A stretch of 55,928 nt of DNA from Perkinsus chesapeaki ATCC PRA-425 (GCA_013115145.1 JAAPAO010000187.1:1-55928); one strand, 5' to 3'. Positions 1 to 11,594 are shown, numbered from the stretch's first letter. The notes: generated by a model not told the origin, from the letters alone. Program-made: numbers and translations.

Positions 1-378
1 AGTGCCTCTTGTTGCAGTGCGTTGAGAATCATTACGCTTTCCTCTATAGTCTCTGTCGGCACTGTGATATCGTCTGCGAAGCATAGGCATCCAATTGGTT
101 CTTGGAGCAAGGCTGATCTCACGGCGAATCGAGTTTGCCTTCGGCTATAGTAGTCTTCCCTTGTTAATCTGAATCCATGTTTTGCTGATATGATACTTCT
201 CCTCAACACCGTATCTAGCGAGTTTATGAAGATGATTGGGCTCAATATGTCGCCTTGTTTCACGCCCGATTCTAGTTTAACTTCACATGTCTCCTTCCGC
301 ACTGTTATCAATGCGACTGCATCGGTGTAACTTTGTGCTACTATCCTTAGATATTTGGGGTGTAACTCAGCATATCGG
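1..378 (-). mobile_element. Non-LTR (LINE-type) retrotransposon reverse transcriptase fragment; degenerate and cut by the window edge
   Basis: Minus-strand translation gives ESGVKQGDILSPIIF (LINE RT GVxQGxxLSP motif) and, in the same frame, CLCFADDITV (the Y/F-A-D-D catalytic motif). An in-frame TGA near 380 truncates it upstream. Confidence 0.85.
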
Positions 379-1005
379 GCTCAAGTAGTGATGCGACGGA
401 AGAGTCAGATAATATCTCGGTACCGGTTTCGCTAATACGATGCGAGCGACGTAGCCTAGATACGTGCGCTCGAGATGCCTTAGGAACGGACATTACGGGG
501 TTAAACTGGGAAATATGGCAGAGTGGGTCGATCGATCCGTTTTCGAGAATATCAGGCGGTTTAGCAAGAATTAAAAACAGGCAAATCGGACTTGGACTGT
601 CAAATGGTGGTCTCTTATCTCGAACAGCACGAGCTGCGACGTTTCTTTGAATGACCCATTAAGGTGTTTCAGTTTCTAACATGACATGGGGTTGAGGCAC
701 GTCCTCTTAACGTTGAGGAGTGGGTGGAACCTTGAATTGTTGCTAACAAGCAAATGAACTCTTGTCGAATTACTGACTGGTTTAAGTCGTAGCTGCTTGG
801 ACTTGCGTGGTGTATCTGCGCGCGTCTGTGACAAGTACGTGCTGGGTGCTGCGTACCGCGTGTCGCGTGGTATGAAATAGCTCGATTTCATAGAACGAGA
901 GGTTGACGTACTTGAATCGTTTTGCGTTAATGGTGAACAACACTCCTAAGATGAAGTAGCTGGGTACGAAGGAAAACACAACGACCAACGAAACGACCGT
1001 TTAAA

Positions 1006-1338
1006 ATGGTGGCAAGTACAAGAGCACGCAGCTCAACACCCAGTGGTCGTGGGGTCGATCCCGCCACCCTGCAATTCTCTGGATTTTATTGTCGTGCACT
1101 TGCATGTAGTTCTGACTTCACGAGTTTAGTGCTGAATTCACTTAAGGGGGAGAAGAAACTCAAACTGTGTCGTTTGCTAATGGACGACCAGCAAAAGTGG
1201 TATGACACCTTTGATAATTTCGTTGACGTTGCCTACTCTGATGTTTGTTGCACTGGTCCACAAGTTACACTTGATGTGTCTGGTCATATCAGTGAGCCAC
1301 TTAAGAATCTGCTTGCACGCATAGGCGTCGAAGCTTGA
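1006..1338 (+). other. Intronless 110-aa ORF in the repeat zone, possibly a gag-like remnant
   Basis: Open frame MVASTRARS... lies between the LINE fragment and a polypurine tract. No recognisable domain, so the gag call is positional only. Confidence 0.25.
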
Positions 1339-1452
1339 TTTCTTCCTTGAGTTATATAGCCCCTGTTTTCATTGCATACTACGACAGGTGAAGTTTTTTC
1401 TTTGTAGCCCTTCATATCCCGTAGTCAAAGCGATCAATTGTGATCACTTTTC

Positions 1453-1987
1453 AGGGGGGGAGTGTACTCGCCCGACGAGTAGCCTCTTGCTATCTTATCA
1501 ACTCTTTCCTATCCCTCAATATGTGAGCATGTACATAGCTCCATTAACAACTCAATACTACTATCACTATCATCTATTCTTAATCCATCAATTACAAGAG
1601 TGTTGTATTATGCACAAGAGTTATGCTATCACCGCCGATGTATCCTCGTCTGAGCATGAGTATGAGACAGCTAAGGAAGGGCCACCAAAAGTCTTAACAA
1701 GGAGACTCTCCTTAGGAGACTCTCCTAAGGTAGCAGCTACTAGCTGCTACCGTAGCAGCTCTGAGCTGCTACCAAATGTTACCCAAAGGGAACAACTCAA
1801 TATCCTATGATATTGGATAATGTATTTGAGTCTAATAATGCTAGTATATAAATAAGGATCCTACTAGCTCGAATTGTTAGGTGATAGTCTACTCTAGGTC
1901 ACCCTGGTTACTAAATCCGATTTAGTGACGGCATAATCCGCAGCCTGAGTTGTTAACAATAATCAAGGAAGACATCATCCTACTACA
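1453..1987 (+). mobile_element. Polypurine tract followed by an LTR-like segment
   Basis: AGGGGGGGAG (1453-1462) is immediately followed by TGTA (1463). There is a TATATAAATA box near 1845 and a matching TACA at 1984-1987. Only one copy lies in the window, so the right boundary is inferred. Confidence 0.4.
1699..1772. repeat. Chain of four perfect odd-length palindromes with 1-nt spacers
   Basis: AAGGAGA-C-TCTCCTT (1699-1713); CCTTAGGAGA-C-TCTCCTAAGG (1710-1730); GTAGCAGCTA-C-TAGCTGCTAC (1730-1750); GTAGCAGCTC-T-GAGCTGCTAC (1752-1772). Confidence 0.95.
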
Positions 1988-2071
1988 ACCGCCTAATATC
2001 TCTAGCAAAACAAATATGATGCTAGGACTTTCCGTGATAAGTGTGAGCCTATGGTTTGGAGAGCTTTTTGA

Positions 2072-4238
2072 ATGCAGCATTTTTTTCATGTATTGATGCT
2101 TCTGCGTCGGAACGTTACAGGTTTCGCGTCAAAGTTAGTTGCCGTAAGAAAGGACGGGTTTTATAATAGAGCCTTACGATTATGTTCCTGTCAAACATCG
2201 AACATACGTGAATGTCATGATATTCCCCAATCACGCCGGTGTAATGGGTCACCTTCGAGGTCGGAATCTGTTAAAGGCAGTGTTACATTGGAACCACTAA
2301 AGTCAAAAGACTATCTAGTCTTTGCACTTTCAAGTGCGATACCAATGATAGGATTTGGGTTTATGGATAATACTATTATGATACAAGCCGGGGAACTTAT
2401 TGACATGTCATTTGGTAATATATTGTGACCCATGGCTAGGCATTAGCTTGACCGCTACGCAGGTGTGAAATTTGGCTTGTCGACTTTAACAGCCGCTGCT
2501 GTTGGACAGTTATTTAGTGATGCAAGTGGGGTTTGTTTTGGTAGCACTGTGGATAACTTAGTATGTAGAATGTTTCCCAAACTCCAACCAGGAGAGATTG
2601 GTAAGGAATATAACATTTAGAACATTTCTTTGAGTGCACTGTGCAGGTAAACGTATAACTGCAGCTCATCTACATACAGGAAGTCCGTATGCAGCTCGAC
2701 TGAAATTCTTAAGAACGTTCTCTGCAGTAGCTGGTGTGATGATAGGATGCTGTTTAGGGATGACCCAATTGGTAGTAGTTGATATTGAAATCGCTCACCG
2801 AGGGGTTTTCAGCTTTTCATGGATCTTAAAAAAGCTGAGAGGTTGAAGGCATTGCAACAGTGCCGACCTCTGTTTGTAACCTTAATGGAAGAGGGGCATG
2901 AACTACTTAACTGTCAAAGGTCAGTTGTACTACGTGTACCCTATTGTTATCCACAATGAATATAGGTGTGCACTATATCTTAAGGTTGATGATACAGCTG
3001 GACCAGTTACCGATCCTAGTAACATTGTCTTAACATACACGCATACATCTCCTCTATTATAGATGCCAGTGACTATGATTTATGGATGGCTGGCATGCCC
3101 TCTGAGACAAATTCGATCAGTGATTCTGATGAGAAACTTGAAGCACGAATGCGTGCTTGGCGGACCATGGATCCTGATAAGGATGGGTATATTAGTACTA
3201 ATGATTTGGCAGCAGTGGTAACTAAAATGGGATATAAACCCGCAGTAGGGCAGGCACTTAATGCGCGGAATGATAACCAAGTGGCTGAGGTAATAATATT
3301 GGAGGGTTTAAGCGATACAACGAAAAGGGTATTTGACACACCTTCACTTGGGTGGTGGTTAACACTAAATATATGGATAAGTCAGATACTTGCATCATGT
3401 GATGTTAAAGGCGATCGAATTAACTTTGAACAGTTTGATAGGGTCATGCCAAAGTTGATCAAATTGACAAATCAAGACTGCAGATTTTCTCCTAAGCAAC
3501 GCCCTCTATTAGGTAGGGGTACTCTCTTTACTATTAATTAACATGGATATACTTATCTGTAGAATACGTTCTTCGTACTGGTGAAGTGTTACGTATCGAT
3601 GATGTTGAATCACCAATGCTTAATAAAACAGGGCTTAAAGTGGATCCCGATAATATGGATCGATATAGGGGTGTACGTACCCATTCTGTTTTAATATGCC
3701 CAGTTATTGACCCTAAAACTGGTAATATTAAACCATTCTGATGGTAGTTTATGCAAGTGATTATAGGTTCGGCAATAGGTGTGGTGGAATGTGTTAATAA
3801 GTATCGTAAGCATCATAATGCTGTACCAGCTAGACAGATGAGTGGTCCACGGCGAAATGTACCTGAGATAGTGTAAGTGGATGGGATTGGATATTTCAAT
3901 AAGCACAACAACACTCCTTGACAGCTCGAGTAACGATAATGTGGCTAATAGATACGTATCAAGCGAGAGAACGGGTGATGGTAACGGTAAGGTAGAAGTC
4001 ACTGCGGCGGAGAGTTTGCCTAAACGTCGACCGGATCCAAATAGCATACAACGAACTCAGACAGTTACATTGGACTTCCAAAAAATGAAATATAAAGGGT
4101 ATTGATATTATTATTCAGGGTAGGAGTGTATATATCAGTTATATCATCAGGTTTAATGATAATGATGTTAAAATAGTTGCTGCTATATGCAGTCATGCAG
4201 CTACATTCGCAAGGCAATGTGGCTTTATTGAAGATTAA
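2072..4238 (+). CDS. TMEM65: Spliced gene: TMEM65-family membrane domain fused to a GAF domain with an inserted EF-hand pair
   Basis: TMEM65 motifs: SAIPMIGFGFMDNTIMIQAGELID, LSTLTAAAVGQLFSDASGVCFG, VAGVMIGCCLGM. In-frame intron 2772-2812 leads to LFMDLKKAERLKALQ... EF loop DPDKDGYISTND. GAF motifs: YVLRTGEVLRIDDV, THSVLICPVIDPKTGSAIGVVECVNK, FNDNDVKIVAAICSHAATF. Stop TAA at 4236-4238. Confidence 0.8.
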
Positions 4239-4549
4239 GTAGTAGTTTAGAGCTTGGTTACCAACAACCCCCGCCGTTCATAGCATTATTAATTGATGAT
4301 GTTCGCATGAAGGTTTATATTATAAAAATAACAATCATCATCATGACTGTCCTAATATTAATTCCTGAGGCATTGCTAGCCGCCCAATCACCATTGCTCT
4401 TTGTTGCATATAGTTAATGTCGAATATCCCCTACTACTAATGCCGGCACCACGATAATAGTGATAATGTTTATGCTTGTTAATGCTGCCATACTGTACTT
4501 GAGTTAGTTGTATACATCTATTTAAGGGTTTGGTAGCTCAAAATTATCA

Positions 4550-5441
4550 ATGAAAAGGGAGGTTGAGGAATTAGAACCATCATTTGGGTCAGACAGCGAA
4601 GCAGAAGATTCAAGTGAAATTATTACGTCGGACCATCAGCAGCAGCAGTCCTCCAAGAAAAAGGCACGATTAGATGATGAGGAGATACGTAAATGGAGGG
4701 AGACATGTTCAACCCCTAGTGGGGATACTGAGGAGCAGTTAGAGATCATAAATCATGCACTTGAATTATCATCTGCCAATTTGGATATCGACCTCAAATC
4801 CGATACCTTTGTAGCATACCCCAAACCTGATACCGATGATCAACATAAATACAGGTAAGGTCTATAAGCTCTTCTTTATCAGCTCCTTTTTATTAACCTT
4901 GCTACAGGTACATACAGAATTGTCCACCAGCTAGCCTGTTGGAAGCAGGCAAGCGTGGTGAGGTAAAGGTCCTTATTATATGTGCTAGTGCACCCAGAGT
5001 GAACCAAGTTGCAAAGGAACTAGAGGAAGATTGCGGTGTTGATAAATCCAAAATAGCACGGGTAGTAAAGGGAGTGCGGAGTAACATACCTAATATGAGG
5101 TTAGGTTGCATTTACGGGTAGAGGGAGGCGTAAGGAACAAAAGGCTGCACATGATATGGCAATTAAGAGGTCCACTATATGTGTTACAGTTCCGGGAAGA
5201 TTATCAAGCATATCAGAATATCTTGGAGATGTACTATTCTCTTCTACTACTGTGTGGTTTTATTATTCTTACTTTTCAGGTTGAACTAGTTATATTAGAT
5301 ACCTTCCCCGATGTCAAGGGGCTCAGTTTACTATCCCAACAACAAACTAGAGACACACTGCTCGACTGGCTTACCTCTGAAATAACCTCTGACCTTCGAC
5401 ATCGTATTGTTACTGGCAAAACCGCTATTATGCTATTCTAG
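4550..5441 (+). CDS. CMSS1: CMS1/CMSS1-like ribosome biogenesis factor (spliced)
   Basis: Acidic/basic N-terminus, then VKVLIICASAPRVNQVAKEL, ICVTVPGRLSSI and VELVILDTFPDVKGLSLL..ETRD-like segment (QTRDTLLDWL). These match the helicase-like CMS1 motifs from memory. Confidence 0.7.
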
Positions 5442-5552
5442 CGATCTAACGTTACCAACATGCCAAGCCTGCGTAGTGTTAGTAGTTATATCAGCTATCA
5501 CCACAACTCCACCACTCTTTGAACACCGAGACTCAGATTATTTTTTATATAA

Positions 5553-6753
5553 ATGTGTGGTCGCGTAGCTTGTACTTTACCTCCTCAAAGGATACAACGT
5601 ATTGGAAGGGTTAGGAGACGAATCGTACTACCAGCAGCACCGGGTGTAGCTCCTAGACCTCGATATAATGTTGGACCAATGAGCCGTTTACCATGCATGT
5701 ATTAGGTAAACAAAGTTTGACATATATACTATACCCTTAACAGATATACTAACAAATCCAATAATGGGAGCTCAAATGGTGAGCGATGTGTGGAATATAT
5801 GAAGTGGGGTCTTCAAGGTAAAGGAACACAACATCTCTCAACTGTTAATGCTAGAATAGAGACCGTTGAGACATCTAAGATGTAGTACTTTGAATGAGAA
5901 ACATTAATAATAGATCTTTAAAACATCAGTTACTCACCACATCTCAAGAGTCGTGAACGATGTATTCTTGTGGTTGATGGGTTCTATGAATGGTCCACTA
6001 AAAAAGATGGTAATAAGATACCATATTTTATACGATTCAAGAACGGTTTTGCCGAGAAGCCTATACCGGGTGGAGATGGATCAAGTAAATAGGATTCTAC
6101 AAGATGAGAATCATACAATAACTTTCATGGATTTAGATGATGACGACGATAAAGCTTCTCAAAAAGATGATTGGCCGATTGATAAGCAGTTTTGGGAGGA
6201 TGATAGACAAACAGTCCGAGAGCCTTTACTAATGGCATGGTATTGTTCACTTGTTCAGTAAATGATGTTTATACAGCAGTTGTTTAGCCTATACGCACCA
6301 CCTACCACAGATGACGATCCCCACAGCTTCACTATTTTAACGATGGACTCTGTCGGACCAATTAGTAAAATACACGACAGGATGCCTGTCTCCCTGACAC
6401 CCGAAGTTGCTGCAGATTGGATAGGTAGGCTATGTTGATGTTGAATACGCTAGTTCCCGGTTGATGCAGATTGTACAGAAGCGTCAGATTCATCTTTGTT
6501 ACATAAGATAGCTGATAATGCACGTCATGTGGCCTTGAATGATATTACTGTCTACGAAGTGCCACCTTTGGCCAATAATATGCGGAATGACACTCCAGAT
6601 TGTCTATTACCACTTGCAACATGGAAGAAAAAACAATTTGATAATGGCCTTGGTCGATTTTTCAAGAAACAAGACAGTTCCACAACTAAGAGTAAGACAT
6701 CGTCATCTGATACAAAAGAACCTTCAGCTAAGAAGGCGAGAGTTGAACACTAG
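5553..6753 (+). CDS. HMCES: SRAP-domain abasic-site processing protein (HMCES/YedK family)
   Basis: N-terminal MCGR (catalytic Cys2), PRYNVGP, KWGL, NARIETV, RCILVVDGFYEW, SFTILT and IHDRMP across spliced exons. Confidence 0.92.
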
Positions 6754-6789
6754 TCCCACTTCTGTTGTACATCTCTTTTCCTAACCCTA

Positions 6790-8412
6790 ATCCGTCATCT
6801 TTGCGTTTGTATCGATATCAATAAGCCGAGGCACTATACCAACACAACACGATGGATGATCATTCACCCGGCAAACACGATGTCTTGAATTAGTTTTGTA
6901 ATAGTATTGTTTGGGTAATTATTACTGATATTAATCATGTAAAGTACTAGTGGCATACTGTAAAGAAGTGTGCAATTGTTCAATACTCTCTCTAATATGC
7001 ATTGGTCTATCAAACATCATACTATCCCGTCCTTCTAAAGATATGCTCTCTAGCCCTATGATTGGTGAGCATGATGCTGTAGTGGGAGGAGGACTTGGTG
7101 TAGCTACCTTGAAGGGGAATGGTGAGCAACCTGATAGAATACCTCGCACGCTACCGAGACAATATCAATCCTATAAAAGACGACCCCTCCCTTCCCTACC
7201 CGATGATAGCACATCAATTCTAGAAGGTTCTTGCAGGACACTCGCAGGATGTATCCTCGGTGATGGAGACTGCTGCTGTTGATGTTGCCCAACAGGAGGA
7301 GGAGGAGGAGGAACGGTTGAAATATCATTCATATAATGCACATTAAAGGGGCGACTTCGACTTTTCTCATCATATTCCTTCATCTTCTCACCTGTCCCCA
7401 TCATTCCATTATATAACTGTATCCCATGTGTTCTTGCTTACGTAGTTGTGCATTATCCTTCAACAAACCATCAATAATCTGTTGTTTAATACCGAGCTGT
7501 CTAGTGAGATAATCAACACGTTGTTGCAACTCAACCACCTGATTGACCATATCGCTATATATCAATTATCAACTAATTATATCACATTGCTTAACTGTAC
7601 AGTAGAGCTAACCTCCCTTTGTGTTGTTGTTGTTACTAGGGAGTGCCGTCGCCTTCGAGCACCACTGTTACCAGCAGCACGTCTTATTAAATGTTCATTG
7701 TTGTTGTCCATTGTTTGGGATCGCCTCAATGGTTGTTGGAATTTATGACATGGTTGTAGCCTCGGCCTCACTGATCGTTGTTGTTGTGCCTTCCGTAAAT
7801 ATTTGGTATAATAGAGCATCCGAAGCATCGACCTTTACCCTTACTTCGATTCTATCAATATCCTCTCGTTTTCGACTTCGACCTACTTTACTACTCCTCT
7901 CGGTCAGGAGTAAAGTTCTGTCGGATAACATTCGTCTAGGAGGGTGATAATACCTATTTATGCCGATAGTACCTATAGGTAAGCTAACACTCGAAGGTTT
8001 AGACTGTAGTCCTATAAACTCACCTTGGAGGTTGGTCTCTGCAGATGAGATAGACCCATGCCGTTGTGTAATACCCGTAGGGACTTTAACAGGGTACAAT
8101 GATGGCTGCTCCCTCATATCCGATATCAATAATGAATGACTAGACATAGATGGGTGTAGAGTAGTTCGAGATGATTGTAGTAGACCTCTGATAATATCAA
8201 TGTTATTAATAATAACAGACCACACTGTTAGCCACCCACCTTGATGATGATGATGCTGCTGAACGGTGGACGGTGGCACTACCAGTAGCTGTTGTTGTAG
8301 AGGCCACCATTGATATTCCTCCTCCTCCTCCTCCTCCTGCTACACCTTTTCTTCTACCTCCTCGTATTGGTACTAGATTATTATTAATGCATCTCCTTGG
8401 AGGGGCAAACAT
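6790..8412 (-). CDS. Hypothetical low-complexity protein (multi-exon; boundaries approximate)
   Basis: A series of open minus-strand segments flanked by GT/AG, with G-, S-, Q- and R-rich content. No domain recognised. Confidence 0.35.
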
Positions 8413-8615
8413 AACTCAGAATAACCGTAGTACAGAAGAATGGCGCTGACAGTATCGCAACTCTCCACTATAAGACACCTGTCTGATATACCATTAGTTA
8501 ATATCACTCAAATGCAACTAGATACACCATTATAACAGAAACTATTCATGTTATACCTCCACATCATTAACAACAACAGACTACTGCTGTTGCTAACGCT
8601 GGTCATGTTTGCAGC

Positions 8616-9221
8616 TTATTTCCTACTTCCCTGATGATGAGTATAAGGTATTCTTGTATTGATGATGAATGTTATTGTTATTATTATTATTACATGTAAA
8701 CTTGTTGCCCTTTGCATTCTTTCACCATACTCTTTTAATTCATTATTCTCTTCCCCACCACCTTCTTCACTCCATGTATTATGTAATTTATTAACCAATG
8801 CATTATGGGTTGCCTCTAATTGATATGTATAATATAAATATGAAAATGATAATGCTAAACTTAAACCAAATAGTTTACGTGTTGGTCGTATTAGGTACTT
8901 AGTTGGAACTAAAGAGATAACCATCATTCATCATCTTAACCATTAACTCTTTTCCTTCTTGTTCTTGTTACCTTTCCTTCTAGATCTATTAACCATATAA
9001 TATAATGATGTTGTTAATACACTGAATGCTACACTCTGTTTAGCTGATACTCTAAATACCTGCCATTTACTTCTAACTCTTCTCTCTACCCAACCATCAT
9101 CTTTTATATTGTTATCTTTCGCTTCTGTCTTTTCAGATACACTGTTATCCGTTTGTGTTTCAATCACAGTTTTATCCTCATTATTCCCGTATTGTCCAGT
9201 ACCCTTTATTACAGTGGACAT
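8616..9221 (-). CDS. Hypothetical small protein with two hydrophobic segments
   Basis: MSTVIKG...SVAFSVLTTSLYYMVNRSRRK joins in frame across a ~60-nt intron to VPTKYLIRPTRKLFGLSLALSFSYLYYTYQ. The 3' end is uncertain. Confidence 0.4.
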
Positions 9222-9314
9222 GTTGAACTGTGTTGGCAATACCCCAAGTCTTGGTAACTAACAACACAACAACTTCTTCCTCTTCAAGAAATATACGCTA
9301 CGTTAGTATTATAG

Positions 9315-10346
9315 TCATTCATGTGAAAACATGTTATTAATAGGACAAGTATCATTATTAATAGCAGTTGTAACATCCATCATCAACTGCCTTATCTTTA
9401 TTACATTTCTCCTATAATCCCTTATTGTTGTATAACTATTATATTCCTCTCTTTCTTCTTCCTTCTTATCCATGTTAGATAATCTCCTTTGGTTAACAGT
9501 TAGCTGTAATAGTTTATTCTTCACTCTATCATTTAACCTCCTTAACTCCTCTCTACGTCTCTTAATTGGTGACAGCTTGTTTACTATATCAACAGCAGTG
9601 CTCACAGGACTAGCTACTTCATTTAACGTATTTCTATTTATCGTTTGGTTATCCAGTCGACATCCTCCATCAGAATAACATTCGATTAATGACTGTATGT
9701 TATCAACAAGGGTAGTAGTAGCAGTATCATTATTAACCTCAGTTACTTCTTTACTACCATCCTCCACCTTACCACATTCTGTATCTATACTCTCCTCCTC
9801 CCCTTCATCCATATATTTACACCCATCTAGTACTTTATCATCATCCTCTTCTATAATACTATCCTTTTGTCTGCTTGACTCGGTTAATGATATAGTTGCT
9901 AATAATGAGGATGTATCCCTTAACGCCTCTACAGTATCATCCTTCCTCTTATCCATCCATGCTTTTATAATACAATCATCATTCTCACTTTGGTCTAACC
10001 GTATAAGCCCATCATGCTTTTTCCTGCTATTACCCTTCCAATCTAATGCCATTAACCACCTCTCTCCTAATTCTAGTAATGTATCATCCAATCTATTAGC
10101 CTTAACTTCAAGATTACCGTCACTCGCCACGTTATTATCCCCGTTACTCCAGTACCCCTCAGTATCTTTACTCCCTTTACTGCCTTCTATATTATATAAC
10201 TGCCTTAGTAGATCCTCTTGCCTAGCATGTAGATCCTGTAATGCTTTAACCAACTCCACAGTTCTATGACCACAGTCCTCTTTATTATAACTGTTATTAC
10301 CATTATACTTCTTAATTCGTCTTAAGGAATGACTACCACTATTCAT
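9315..10346 (-). CDS. Hypothetical acidic/coiled-coil protein, mostly one long exon
   Basis: More than 1 kb of stop-free frame in AT-rich DNA. First ATG at 10346 (MNSGSH). Coiled-coil-like segments VKALQDLHARQEDLLRQL and RREELRRLNDRVKNKLLQL. Confidence 0.5.
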   Translation of the reverse strand: MNSGSHSLRRIKKYNGNNSYNKEDCGHRTVELVKALQDLHARQEDLLRQLYNIEGSKGSKDTEGYWSNGDNNVASDGNLEVKANRLDDTLLELGERWLMALDWKGNSRKKHDGLIRLDQSENDDCIIKAWMDKRKDDTVEALRDTSSLLATISLTESSRQKDSIIEEDDDKVLDGCKYMDEGEEESIDTECGKVEDGSKEVTEVNNDTATTTLVDNIQSLIECYSDGGCRLDNQTINRNTLNEVASPVSTAVDIVNKLSPIKRRREELRRLNDRVKNKLLQLTVNQRRLSNMDKKEEEREEYNSYTTIRDYRRNVIKIRQLMMDVTTAINNDTCPINNMFSHE

Positions 10347-10517
10347 AATACCATATACAAGGATAATAGAGTAGCATAGAATAACAACAACTATCATATA
10401 TTAAAGGCTACCTACCAATCACAAACTAAAGTATCTCAATGTATGGTAAAGGAAATAACGTTAATGATGATGATAGGAGTGAGTAACGGTAATGGTTAAT
10501 ATGATCATCATAATCTA

Positions 10518-11444
10518 CTATGCAGCAGTATCATCCTTAGTGGCAGCAGCCTTCCTTTGTTGACGACGATCCTTCTTAGCCTGGAACTTAGCCTTTTTAA
10601 CAGCTATCTCATCATCATTTAAAGCACGCTTCTTATTAGCAGCCCTTCTCTCTTTTATCTTAAGTTTACGTTTCATTTTCCGCTTATTACCTTATATCAA
10701 TGACTCAACATCATCATATACAAAAACAACAACAACACCTACCACTCGATGATACATTAGCATCAGCAGCCGCTCCCCCTTCTATCCTATCAGATGTCTC
10801 AGCGGGTTGATGCCCATTATCCTCGGCTTTCTCCTCCTTTCCTACAATATTGTATATTCCTGCAACCCCCCTCCCTCTACTTATAGCCATATTACCATCT
10901 TCCTCCTCCTTATTCAATTCACCACCCTGCCTACGAGCTCTCTTTATATGTGTTTTACTAGCCTTATGTTTATCTACATCCCCCTGGCTTAATAATAGCT
11001 TCTCGGGGCACAATAGACATCGAAACTGTTGAGCATAAATATTAACCTTCGGGGTTCTATGAGCATTATCATCCTCTTCTGCTTCTGATAACTTTATTAT
11101 ATAATTCTCAACATACTGAGTACCCATACCTGATTCCTCTTCTATTATATCCTCGTCCTCCTCCTCCTCTGAGCTACTACAAGATGTATCACCCTCAACT
11201 ATAGCCGATAGAGGCATCATGGCTCTCTAAAAGACGACAGGCTAGGATCATCCTCTTTATAACAATATCAACATTATTATCCCGTTGTTAGTACTACCTG
11301 TAATCTCCGTTTCTGCTTATCAGTAAGGGCATCGAACTTATCCTCTACATCACTATTATTATCATCAGATGATGATACATCACTATCATCATCATTAAAT
11401 TGTGCACGACTTATTCTATCAATACCAAGTACTCTCTTGAACAT
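10518..11444 (-). CDS. C2H2-type zinc-finger protein with acidic tracts and a basic C-terminus (nucleolar-like)
   Basis: FRCLLCPEKLLLSQGDVDKHKASKTHIKR (C-x2-C...H-x5-H). The final exon is K/R-rich (GNKRKMKRKLKIKERR...AA*). The first exon MFKRVLG...KRRLQ splices in frame to RAMMPLS. Confidence 0.6.
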
Positions 11445-11594
11445 TAGTGAGAGAGGAAGCAGCAAAATAGGAGCTACAATAAAGAGGGGTATAATAATAA
11501 CCATGAACAGCGGTTAATGATAGTAGGCAACACGATATTATAATATTAATACGTAGAAACTTATCATTATCCTGCATCATCATTATAACCATCA

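Noticed and set aside
541-900. Apparent decayed ORF with only TAG/TGA stops
   Set aside because: Six stops in 120 codons is about the random expectation, and no motif is recognisable.
1008-1073. tRNA- or SINE-like segment (AGAGCA...GGTCGTGGGGTCGATCCCGCC)
   Set aside because: Only the T-arm/B-box resembles a tRNA. The anticodon stem (CGCAG versus CCCAG) and acceptor stem do not pair, and it lies inside the 1006 ORF.
4258-4491. Small antisense membrane-protein gene between the TMEM65 fusion and CMSS1
   Set aside because: The best frame has two internal TAA stops and no convincing splice sites to remove them.
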